From the NCBI GenBank assembly GCA_037447605.1, contig CM074817.1:2356001-2420000 (forward strand): a DNA stretch of 64,000 nt. The letters are read 5' to 3'. The position numbers and the translations under genes were made by a program. Of this stretch, positions 8,946 to 20,026 are shown piece by piece. The notes beneath the pieces were generated by a model, which saw only the letters and a program-made list of their open reading frames with translations, made no database searches and was not told the DNA's origin. The stretch's first letter is position 1; every line of letters starts with the position of its first letter. The DNA comes from Zygnema circumcarinatum SAG 698-1b (lineage: Eukaryota; Plantae; Zygnematophyceae).

Positions 8946-11826
8946 ATGAAGGCAGTAGAGATCAGTGCCCCGGGCGGCCCTGAGGTGCTGCGAGTAGTGG
9001 AGGTGGAGGCCCCAATTCCCAAAAAGGGGGAGGTATTGCTGACGGTAGCAGCAGCAGGTTTAAACCGCGCTGACATCATGCAGCGGCAGGGGAAATATCC
9101 TCCACCTCCAGGTTTGTTGTCCACCAAGGCAACGGCTGCTTGCTGACTTGCATTGGGGGGGTGGAAATTAGGGGCTTGGATTAGAGATGGGTCTGGAAAT
9201 GGAGGAAGAGAGAGAGGGGAAGAGAGGAGAGCGATAAGCAGGAGGGACGGAGAACGGAGTGAGAGAGTGGGGGTGGGGGAAGGAGAGATGTGGGAGGGAG
9301 AGGAGTGGAGGGAGCCGAGAGTGACAGGAGTGCGGAACAGTGTTGCTTGATTGGGAGGGGGGGGGGGGTAGATTAGAGAGGATGGACTGATGTTATTCCT
9401 GCCCTGAATTGTGAGCGATTACAGTATGGACTTTCGTTGATAGCTCTCCCTCTCACTCCCTCCCCCCTCTCACTCCTCTCTCTCTCCTGTGGTTGCAGGC
9501 GCCTCTCCCTATCCTGGGCTGGAGTGCTCCGGAACCATTGAGTTTTTGGGAGAGGGAGTAACGGGCTGGAAGGTGGGAGATCAGGTGAGAGCCTCTCTCC
9601 ATCCTTCTTTCATTTCCCATTGCTTAAGGCTTGCTTAAACGAGCTTGACTTTGTCGAATGCCCTATCTTCAATCCGTTGTTTCCCCTCCTTTTACCCTCT
9701 TTTTTCCTACGTGATTTACGGAAAAGCTTACTGGCACATAGAACAGGTGTGTGCCCTTCTGGACGGAGGAGGGTATGCAGAGAGAGTGGTAGTCCCTGCC
9801 TCCCAACTTCTCCCAATCCCTAAAGGAGTGAGCCTTATAGAGGCAGCCGCTCTCCCAGAAGTTGCCTGCACGGTGTGGTCGACCGTCTTCATGACTTCAA
9901 ATCTCAAGGAAGGAGAAAATTTTCTAGTGAGTTCAAAGTAGAACTTTGTTCTATAGTTTTTTTTGTCTACTTTTTGACATATATCTTAGAATTTGCTTTT
10001 GTGGATTGGTAATTTGCTGAGCAGAGATAGGACTCTCTCCCATTCTCCCTCTCTCCCATCCCTCCTCCATTCCTCTCTCCGTCCCACTCCGACCCCTCTT
10101 GCCCCGCCCTGCCCTCCCCACTCGTCCGTTATTCCCTCTCCCTCTCCCTCCTCTCGTCACGCTCTCTTTCTCCGTCCCTCCTCTCCCTCCTCTCCCTCCT
10201 CTCCCTCCTTCGAACCTCCCTTATAACCTTTGAGATCCCTCCTGGGAATTTTCCTCGCAGGTTCATGGAGGTTCAAGCGGCATTGGAACATTTGCAATTC
10301 AGCTCGCGAAAGCTAAAGGAGCGAGAGTGTTCTGCACCGCTGGTAAATCATTTTATACTTTGCTTTTTTATTTTTTTTCCCCTTCATACCTTTGAAATAG
10401 TATCCGTTTGCAAATGACGAACCCTGGGAATCTGAAAGCCTTTATTCATTCTTGCTTTCCTGCATGCAATGAAGGTGCGCTTTGGAGCGAAAAAATCACA
10501 CAGAAAAGCAACCATTTTTTTCTTGTTAATTAGTGGTTTCTTTTTCGTTTTTTTTCTTTTGCACGTTTGAGAACATAGGTACTCCGGAAAAGCTTCACAG
10601 ATGTAAAGAACTTGGAGCGGATGTCACCATCAACTACCGCGAAGAGGAATTTGTCGACAGAGTGAAGGAAGAGACGGCCGGTAAAGGTAAGGGACTGGCG
10701 GGTAGCCCTAAACCTGAAATCTGAACCCTAAAAATAACCTGAAGGGCCCTTCTTGCTGAGAACAGTCTCAGGCCTTGAATCACACTCCATAGCTTCCTGA
10801 TCGGCTCTCCTTGTTCCCCGTTATTCCACCCCTCTCTCTCTCACTTCTCTTGTTCTCGCTCTCTCCCTCCCTTGCTTTCCCTGCCTCTCTTTCCGCCCCT
10901 CCCGGTGTGCCCCTCTCCCCTCCTCCCGCTGTCCAGTCTCTCCCTCCCCCTCCCTCACCTACCTCTCCTACCCCTCCTCCCCCTCCCTCTCCCCCTCCAC
11001 CTCTCTCTCTCCCTTCCGACCTCCCTCTCCCTCGCCCCTNNNNNNNNNNGTCCCCCCCCGCCCTGCCCCCAGGCGCAGACGTGATCCTGGACAACATGGG
11101 CGGGCCGTACCTCGCCCGGAACATTCGCGCCCTCGCCACGGGCGGCCGGCTCTTCGTGATCGGCCTGCAGGGGGGCCGCGGGGGGGACCTCGACTGCGGG
11201 GCGCTGCTTATGAAGCGACTCTCCATCGCATGTCAGCGCTGCCTCTGCCCTCCCTCTTGCCCTCCCTCCCTCTCCCTCCTCCCTCTCTCTCTCTGTCTCT
11301 CTCTCTCGCTCGCCTCCCTTCTCACTCTCTTGCGCTGGCTCTTGCTGTTTTCCACCGCCTATTTCCTTCTTAGCCCGCATTCCTTCCTGTCACTCTCTGT
11401 ACCGCCCTCTTCCTCGTCCCTCCACCGGTCTCTGTTTCTCGCTTCCTGCCTCTCTCCCTTTCCCTCTCTCTCTCTCTCTCCCCCTCCCTCTCCCTCTCCC
11501 TCTCCCTCCCCGCCCTCCCTCCTCCCCTCCCTCCCTCCCTCGCTGAGCCTGCCCTCCCGCCTCTCTCTCTCTCTCTCTCCCCAGCGGCGGGCCTGCGCAG
11601 CCGCCCCCCCGAGCAGAAGGCCGGCATCGTGGCGGAGGTCCTCCGGCACGTGTGGCCGGAGGTCGCCGCGGGGCGGGTCCTGCCCGTGGTCCACTGCGCC
11701 CTCCCGCTGGCGGAGGCCGCCGCGGCGCACGCGCTCATGGAGGGCAGCACGCACGTCGGGAAGATCCTGCTCAAAGTGCCGCCGCCGAACCTCGACTTGG
11801 AGGTGTCGGTGCTTCCGCAGGCTTAG
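8946..11826 (+). CDS. NAD(P)H quinone oxidoreductase, PIG3/zeta-crystallin (MDR) family, 7 exons
   Basis: [15 protein letters not shown]…[33 protein letters not shown]…[10 protein letters not shown]…[16 protein letters not shown]…[17 protein letters not shown]…[13 protein letters not shown]…HVGKILL; phase-consistent GT-AG introns. Confidence 0.95.
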
Positions 11827-11985
11827 GGCTTTAGGGTTTTAGGGTTTAGGGTTTAGGGGTAGGGTTTAGGGTTTAGGATTTAGGGGTAAGGGTAGGGTTT
11901 AGGGTTTAGGATTTAGGGGTAGGGTTTAGGATATATGTTTAGGGTTTAGGGTTTAGGGTTCAGGGTTCAGGTTTAGGGTTTGGGG
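11823..11985 (+). repeat. Degenerate TTTAGGG telomere-like tract immediately after the stop codon
   Basis: About 20 variant TTTAGGG/GTAGGG/TTCAGGG units. Confidence 0.8.
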
Positions 11986-12754
11986 CCTGGGCCTTGGGCG
12001 TGTGGGTCTATGGTTAGGCTGTTGCCGGGGAGGTTTCAACGGGGAAGGGGGAGGGGGGGGGGGGGAGGGCTTTTCCTTGTCAAGGGAGAGGCTCTATGTA
12101 GAGTTCAGTTCCGTGGCTGTCGAGCAATTCGATGCATTCGCTTGTACATAATTTGGCGGAAGGAGGAGAATGTGGAATGAGTACTCTCCGCTGATGTAAG
12201 CGGAGGGCTGAAATGGTACTGGTTCGAGTTCGACAGTGTCCTTTATAGGGACCATGGCTTTGTGTCGCTGCGTTCGTTGTAGGGAGGAAAGGGCCTGCGT
12301 AAAGTCATTTGTCCAATGACTATTCGCCACGTGTGTGTGGCGAACCGCCATGGGACGATGCTTGACCATAGTTTGCGATGAAGGAACGCCCCCAATTCAG
12401 TGTGAAGCATTACAGTTTGCAATTTGTTGCCATCGCAATGTTGTTGCCTCAGAGAAGACGGCGACATAAAGCGCGAGGTATTTGGGTTGTTGCTTGAAAG
12501 TTTTGTTGTGGAACTTGCAAGAACAACAACAAAGTTCTCAGGAACAGTTAACCATCCTCCACGCTTTGCATGCCCTTTCCCCCACCAACGAACCATCATC
12601 TATGGACGATCCCTTTCTCATGTGTGAACACGTTTTTGGTTCACACTTGGGAGAAGAACGGGACGGACGCTCCTGTGAACAGTCCACAAATGTCCCGAAG
12701 CCGGTGTCTCCCGCAGAAGACGACAAAACAATCGAATGTTGGCCACTGAGATGG

Positions 12755-13040
12755 GGCCACGTAGCGCCTGCGCCGTCATTTTCTGAGACGTGTCGACCTC
12801 TTACCGGGCCGCCCGCCTGGCCACAATCTCACTTTTGTCGGTGGGCGCGCTAGCGACTTGCCACGTTGCAGTTTTTTGCAGAACCGATAAATTATCCCAA
12901 CTCGACGCGAGCAGGGCGTTCTGGGGGCGACACGTGACGCAAGTGCGTACGGGTCAAGGAGCAGTTGACACGTGTGAGAACGACGTGACTGCCTTTCTAG
13001 AAGACACTGACAACGGCCAATGGTGACTCGCCACGTGCAC
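12755..13040. promoter_or_regulatory. ACGT-core (G-box/ABRE) cluster upstream of PMP3 paralogue A
   Basis: ccacgtag, gacgtgtc, ccacgttg, cacgtgac, cacgtgtg, gacgtgac and ccacgtgc within ~290 bp. Confidence 0.5.
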
Positions 13041-13264
13041 AATTGGGACTCGTGGCAGGTTTTCAGTGGAGGATGTTCTTTGGTTAAAAGGGGAGGCCGG
13101 CCCAAGAGGGTGCAGGGAGGGGCAACTCTGCAAGGATTGACCGCGATCGACCGCGGCGAGTAATAAAGAGAGGGAGAGGGGGAGAGAGAGAGAAGAGAGA
13201 GAGAGAGAGCGAGACAGGGGTCGCTCATTCTGCGGTTAGTACTTGTCGCAGTTAGCGAGTTAAG

Positions 13265-13629
13265 ATGGCGACAGAGGGAGCGGTGGACGTCTGCAGTGTG
13301 CTGCTGGCCATCCTGCTGCCGCCGCTTGGAGTGTTCCTGAAGAGGGAGTGCCAGATCGAGTTCTGGATCTGCATCCTGCTCACTATCCTTGGCTACATCC
13401 CGGGAATCATTTATGCCATCTACGTCATCATGAAGGTGAGAGAGAGGCCTGTCAGTCGCAGTGATGAGTTTGATCCCCTTAACTACTTCTGCAATTTGGT
13501 GATCACTTCCCTGAAGTTCGGGTTACGAATCAGTTTTTTGGCGTCATTCCGGGTTTAGTTCAGCATGCCTGTTCACCGAGGAAGTGCGGAATTCTTTTTG
13601 TAAATTCTCCTGCTGTGCAGAATCTATAA
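13265..13629 (+). CDS. RCI2: PMP3/RCI2 (UPF0057) small hydrophobic stress membrane protein, paralogue A
   Basis: join(13265-13435,13621-13629): MATEGAVDVCSVLLAILLPPLGVFLKRECQIEFWICILLTILGYIPGIIYAIYVIMKNL*. Confidence 0.95.
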
Positions 13630-13840
13630 GGTACTAATTCTTTTGTTCACTCCCTTTGGTGGCTGCAGTATGCTTAAATGAAGGTCATGAAGTCCATATA
13701 CTTGAAACACAGGACGTGCCAAGGTATCACAGGAGAGATCAGCATCAGAACGTTCACACCATGTTTTTCTTGACAGTGCAAGCAGCACCCGGTGATGCTT
13801 AGACCATTATGAGATCTGATCAGCACATGTGCAGTAGAAG

Positions 13841-15420
13841 TCAATACATGCAATCTGGCTTGCATGGAGGAAGGCAGACATCCTTCTTTTGCACAAGGAT
13901 ATCGAGGAAATGCCCTCTTTTCTGCGAAGTCACGAGCAATAAGTTCCTGTAAATATGGCCGCTTACTTGCTTTACTCTCCAGCAGTCATCGTACGGAGCA
14001 TAGACGCGTAGATAGCACTTGAAGCTAGTGGTGAAGATCCATAGCGCTTTTGGTGGGGCTGAGAAAGTGTTCCGTTCAAAATTTCCTTTCTCGAATCTGA
14101 AGGATTTTTCCTGTGAAGCCATCTGTATTGAGGTTGAAGCAGTCACTATTTTTGAGAAGCAACATTTTTTCTGGATGTCTTCAAGTATGTCGAAACGTTG
14201 TTTTTTCAGATCTGTTGTTGCTGTGGCAGTGCATGTAGAGCCATCGGCGATGTTGCTCCATGGCTTCATTATAGGGCTGTAAAGCATTCCTTGGCACTCC
14301 GCCTCACTGCAAGAAAATAACTTCGCAGAAGTTTTCAAATTTCGATCGTCAATGGTTCGCTTTTTCTAAATTTACCAGTTTCATTTCCCGTTCAAGCAAA
14401 GACAAAGACCTTGTAATAAACAAGCAATGACAATATACACCAATCACATTTGGTGATTGTGAACTAACAGCCTACAACCGCATAGCGAGTGCCATAGATA
14501 GAACGATATTTTTCACCCCCCCTTCCTGACCCCCCCTCCCTCTCCCTCCCTCCTTCCCCTCTCCCAGTCTCCCTCTCCCTCCCTCCCCTGTTTCTCTCTC
14601 CCTCTCCCTCCCTCCCCCTCTACCCCCCCTCCCTCTCCCCCTACCCCCTCCCTGTCTCCCTGTCGCCCTCTCCTCCCCTCTCCCTGTCACCTCCCCCCCT
14701 CTCTCCCCCTCTCTCTCCTTCCTCTATTCTCTCCCGTGGCTGTACGCAGCGCGGGACCATACCCTAAACGTGCCAAAGCAAGAATTATGGTTGCGGTTGT
14801 GTTGCAGTTCCAAAGTGCAGCAGGATGTGGAAAAGCAAAACCGTTTCTTCTCAATTTTGGTGGTCCCGTCGAAGGAAGATTCTGTAGCATTTTTTATAAC
14901 CACAGCCGGTATCAGACCAACTGACCTTTCCTATAATGAGAAGGAGATAGTAACGAAAGACGCAGAGAAGTTGTACTGATTGTTAAGAAAAGTGTGTCGG
15001 CGCAAAATGCAAGTTCTAATCAAATTTTCGCGACTTAGTTTTGCTGCCCGCTTCAAGTGTTGCACATTGTTATGAAGCTAACTGTACCTACAAATGTGAA
15101 GTCAATCCTGTCATCTTTTCGTAGCATAAATGCGCAATCTGGAATTATATTCGTCATTCGCAGTATTCACAGACCAGATTTCCAACGATTGCGTAGAGGC
15201 AAAGTAGAAGGATCGAGCAGATCAGATTCTCTTGAAACAGTGTCGAATTCAATCAAAGGAAGGGCCAAAAGATTGCCATCCATGCGACCAGATTTTACAA
15301 AGTGCACATTTTTTCCATTATGTTACACAAAAGCTGCAAGCTTTTCACAAACAGGGCAAAGCCGACCTAATCGCAGCTACTACAAGCCTGCCGGTGTACA
15401 TCTAAAACCATCTCCGGGCC
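13841..15420 (-). pseudogene. Possible decayed coding sequence of unknown family
   Basis: A 165-aa open frame (13841-14338) plus frames broken by isolated stops near 14730-14980 and 15060-15400. No family recognised. Confidence 0.25.
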
Positions 15421-15732
15421 ACGCCCCCAGCCTCTCTCAATATACTTTCGTTTTACTTACCCTCCCTGCAACTTCATAGCAAAATTTATGTCTCCTGTCC
15501 TGCTAACTACAGGAGAGAGCTGATGCAGTTATGGCGGTTTCAGAATATTTCCATCGATTACAACAATGCGTGCTGGACAGGGATCATCCCTCATGTCCAT
15601 GACCCTTCTTCATAGCAACCGTCTGAAAGCTTCGCAGAAGTTATGTACAGCAACAGCCTGCATTCCAAACTCAAGGCTCGCTGCGAACGTTTCTTGATTT
15701 TTTCATACCACGGAAAAAGGCCCGTAAGGAGC

Positions 15733-16141
15733 CTATGGTGTCTGCAAAAATGACATGCCAATGAGGGCGATTCGACCATTAAGGGCAATGGGAAACGGAG
15801 GGAAACAAAATAATATCAAAGCCATCTCACCAGCTCGACACTACAAGCAAGAAATAGCGAATTAGATTGCAAGAGAAGTACACCATTTTCCATCTGAGAA
15901 GCAGCAGCAGCAGTTGCAATAGCAGCAGCCGCCGCAGCAGCAGTAATGTTGAAAAAATAGGGTTTCGAGCACTTACATTCACAATTACGTAAACTGCGTA
16001 AATTATTCCCGGTATATACCCCAGAAACGTCAGCAGCAGACATATCCAAAAGTCGAGCGCACATCCTCGCTTCAGAAATACCCCCAGCGGCGGCAGCAGT
16101 ATGGCGAGCAACACACTGCAGAAGTCACGCCCGTCACTCAT
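15733..16141 (-). CDS. RCI2: PMP3/RCI2 (UPF0057), paralogue B
   Basis: complement join(15977-16141,15733-15741): MSDGRDFCSVLLAILLPPLGVFLKRGCALDFWICLLLTFLGYIPGIIYAVYVIVNTP*. Confidence 0.95.
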
Positions 16142-16359
16142 GCTTGCTCCCCTCCTTAACCCTCGCACTCTTTCTTGCTCTCACGCCCCCTCACTCCCTC
16201 CCTCTCTCTCCTCCCGCTCTCTCCTCCCTCCTCCCTCCTCTCTCCTGCAAAACCTTGCACTACCCTCCTCGTGCCTTCAACTTCGAACCCCAAACCGTGC
16301 AAGCCCACGATCTTCAAAGCGCCGCCTCCCTCTTTAGCCGCGGAGGCGTGCAGGCCGCC

Positions 16360-16460
16360 CGTGAGACGTGGCAGAAGGACCACGTCACTCGGCCGACGTG
16401 GCCGTCACGCGGCGCACGCACACGGCTCCATGGGAACTTCTGCTACGTGCCGGCCAGTAC
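16360..16460. promoter_or_regulatory. ABRE-like cluster upstream of PMP3 paralogue B
   Basis: gacgtggc (twice), ccacgtca and tacgtgcc within ~100 bp. Confidence 0.45.
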
Positions 16461-17580
16461 AACCGCCACGTGGATACGGTCTTGGACGCGGTGGAAAGTT
16501 CAAAGGGAGTACATATTTATGGGAAAATGTGGTCCATTTTAGAATGGCGAGATACGTGTTCTTTGTTATGTTCTATTATTGGAGACCGACGAGACGACCG
16601 GCTCGGACCAGCTTTGTTTAGAACAGGTACTTGTGTTCATTACGGGAGACTACATTCAAGCTGCTATTGCGATGGACCGATTCATTAAACAAAGCCGAGT
16701 CGAGAGGGCTCTCCAATAGCGAATTTGCAGCGAACGCGGTTCAGAAAAAGGCCAAAAACGGGTTCGCACTTGTAACCGCGTGCACCGATTGGCCCAAAAA
16801 CATAAAACTTTTGTTTTCTTTTCCAAACGCCTGCCCGCGTCGCCTACTTGGTGTTCTGCTGCCCGCTCGCACGGGCAGAAATAAACTTTACCTGCCTGCC
16901 CGCTGCGGCCGAGGCAGCTGAGGGACGCCAGAATGGCAATTTGCACGCTTGGGAATCCTCTCCCATTGGCTGCTGAGCGCACTACCTACGTGGCGACATT
17001 GTGCAAAACGTACAGTCGTCATTACTACGCACATACCATTTTGGATAGGTACACAGCTTTTCGAATTAAAAAACCTTTATGTCGTGAGGGAAGAACAGTA
17101 AGCCAGAGCTTCAGCCCTTTTGCAGCCTCACATCCCTCAGTGCGCCTCTTTCTTCCCCTTTTAATAGTAATAATACTGAGAGTCAAGTTGGTGATAATGG
17201 GGGAGAAATGTGCATTAATATCAGCATGGGAATGCCAAATGTGATAATGCATTAAATAATGCCGACAATATACCGCATACGAGTGTATTGGATTGTCTCG
17301 GTTACAGTACTGTAATGTCTTTCTGATTTCATTTTTGCATTGCTAACAAGAAGGTCAATGGATGACATCGGGCAGGAGAGGGCTAAGATTAGAGATATGG
17401 CGAATGATTGTATAGTCAGGTCAAGCTCATGCTTAAGGTTAGGGTTAGGGTTTGCTTCAGGGTTAGGATTAGGGTAAGAGTTGGGTCGAAGAGATTTGGG
17501 TTGAGTGCTGGAAGCCTTGTGCAGCAAGAAATGAGGAAGTGATTCTCTATCAGCGGCCGCATGCTTCAGAAGTCCGCGCC

Positions 17581-18759
17581 ATGGCGGCTTCGTTTCTTCC
17601 ATTTTTTCGCTGGACCGTCCGGAACGGATCTCCGTTCCGTCTACCATGGTACCATCCATCCCTTGTACAGCTCACTTGCACTCAGTCCCTTCAAGGGCGC
17701 CATGGATACAGCAGCAGCAGCAGCAGCAGCAAGGAGGGAAAAAACCTTGACAAAGCGAGTGCAGGCAGAGCCACCGTGGCTGAGGAAAAAGCTGCGGATT
17801 CGACGAGGGCTCTCCGAGAAGCAGTGGACGCTCTCTTGAGCTTAGGATGCACGCAGCAGGATGTCCAGCGCATTGCTGATAAGAAGAAGAGTCTCCTTGT
17901 AAGGGGCTATAAGCATATCCTTCCTAAAGCAGCTTTCTTCCAGAGCCACGGGGTCAACTCCCACGACTTTTTAAAGGCCTTAGAGAACGGCAGCAATTTG
18001 CTCTTCGCTCCAGATGAGAAGCAGGAAAGCGTGATCGAGTTCCTTCGGAACACTGTGAAGTTGACGAACTTAGGGAAGGTGATAGGAAGTATGCCGGGAA
18101 TTTTGAAAAGGCGTGTGGAGACTCTTGAGGCGATGGCTCATCTATGGAAGGAGTTAGGCATCCCTGTCACAGGCGCTGTGCTGGAGAGCTACCCGCAAAT
18201 TTTCAGCTACAGTCCTGAAACAATAAAAAAGGGAGTTGAGGCTGTGAGGTCGACCTTCCCTTACGTAAAAAAGGATGTGCTCATTCTTTTCCCTAGCATC
18301 GTTAGCAGAAAGGGCCATCACTTCAAGGATGTTGTGGCCGGATTGGAGGGGATATTCGGGCCTGATAAAGCTCAGAAAGTGCTGCAGAGTTACCCACATA
18401 TATTATTAGTACCACGGGAGACAATGGATAACACGTACAAGCAGCTGAAACAGCACTTCGGGGACCTTCCAGCCTTGAAAATGGTGAAAGTACAGCCCTC
18501 ACTGTTTAACATTTCTTGGGAGACTATTAAGTCTAAGATTGACTTCCTATTGATTGAGACGGCCCGTAGCAAGGAGGAGATCTGCATGTACCCGACCGTA
18601 CTGCAGCTCTCCCTCGAGAAGCGGCTGAAGCTGAGGCACAGGGCGCTGCTGGAGGCCGGAATTGATCACAAGAAGTTTTCGCTGTGGGCCTTGTTCTCAT
18701 GTACGAACGCTGCTTTTATGGAAAAGTTTAAAGTACGCTTGATACCGCAACAGGTGTAA
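17581..18759 (+). CDS. Mitochondrial transcription termination factor (mTERF) family protein, single exon, organelle-targeted
   Basis: Basic/Ser-rich N-terminus, repeated helical units (YPQIFSYS, YPHILLVP, QPSLFNIS…IKSKIDFL) and the terminal YPTVLQLSLEKRLKLRH motif typical of mTERF. Confidence 0.9.
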   Translation: MAASFLPFFRWTVRNGSPFRLPWYHPSLVQLTCTQSLQGRHGYSSSSSSSKEGKNLDKASAGRATVAEEKAADSTRALREAVDALLSLGCTQQDVQRIADKKKSLLVRGYKHILPKAAFFQSHGVNSHDFLKALENGSNLLFAPDEKQESVIEFLRNTVKLTNLGKVIGSMPGILKRRVETLEAMAHLWKELGIPVTGAVLESYPQIFSYSPETIKKGVEAVRSTFPYVKKDVLILFPSIVSRKGHHFKDVVAGLEGIFGPDKAQKVLQSYPHILLVPRETMDNTYKQLKQHFGDLPALKMVKVQPSLFNISWETIKSKIDFLLIETARSKEEICMYPTVLQLSLEKRLKLRHRALLEAGIDHKKFSLWALFSCTNAAFMEKFKVRLIPQQV

Positions 18760-20026
18760 GTTGGAGCTCTGGTTTGAACATGTGCTGAGAGAGCATTGTG
18801 GGGCCAAACGACTCCTTTGGTTTTTTTTTTTTTTTTTGTATGTTTGGCAATGGCAATGCTATCAGTCGACCTCCCAAAGTGACCTTCTGTTCCAATTAAA
18901 AAAAAAGTAAAAAAAATCATAAAGAAATGCACATTTAATATTCGTGCTTACTTTTTGAGAGAGAGAGAGAGAGAGACATCCAGGAAGCTTCCTGGAAGTC
19001 TGCACTTGATACGGCTGCCAAGTTGCCTAACCGTACGAAACAGTACGGCAGGCAGGGTCCGGTTCCCGCCCCTTCACACAATTTACAATCACAATTTGTC
19101 ACGTCATACACAAGGACACGAGGTTGATGGTGATTGGTCCAGGCTGTAAATGTAAGGTATTTGTCCTTTCCTCGAAGTTGCGATCGTACGACGTCTGTAC
19201 GGACCATTGAGGCAACTTGGGTGAGACACGTGGGCGCGTGCCATTCGCTGGGACCGAGCCCGGCTGCAGATCGAACGGTGATGTGATCTGCGAGAGAATC
19301 GACGGTGAAGATTCTCCGCGCCAGTGAAGACGGCCACCCGCGAACGATCTCGTGGCGAACGGATCTTTCGCTCCGAGCGCATTGTAAAATAAAAATGTGC
19401 CCGACGGAAAGTGGTGTGTATCGATTCCAAAAGGTGTGAAATGAACATTTTCTGTTTTTCAATCCTTTTTTGTCGATTTTAAAATCTGCCCGTGAAAGAA
19501 GGTCTGTGTGTAGACAAAAAAGGTGTGAATTTAGCATTACCCTTGCTGACGGGCCAGCGCCAATTCACCGACCGTACGACCGTACGTATGGTTCAATTGC
19601 AGCGGTGGTACGAACATTCTAAAAGAGTTCTGTAACTCAGGAACTTTCAGATTCGAACGTTCGAATTCTGAAATCTAAATCTCTAAAAGTCCCTTGTACG
19701 GACTTTTTGCCATCCCTGCACCACGGCAGGTATTGACCGTACTGTACTTCTGTCATTTTCTGCGGTTATAACGATGAAATTACAGTTCCCGTAACTCGCG
19801 CAGTTTAACTAGAACAGATTTTAACCCCATGTGAGTTTGAACATGTGTACGTCGTGAAACTGATTTCTGCAGTTTTCCCACGGAGGCGTGGCCCTTAGCC
19901 CTAAGTTGCAGCGCCTGTTGCTGGGGAGGACGAGGGAGGTCAACGAGAAGGGTCAAGCCCTGCTTCTTTTCCTCATTTCTTCTTCCCTCTCTCTCCTCCC
20001 TCTTTGTCTCAACCCCTGCATCAGAT

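Noticed and set aside
12030-12730. Several short ORFs between the quinone oxidoreductase and PMP3 genes
   Set aside because: No recognisable motif or consistent exon chain in any frame.
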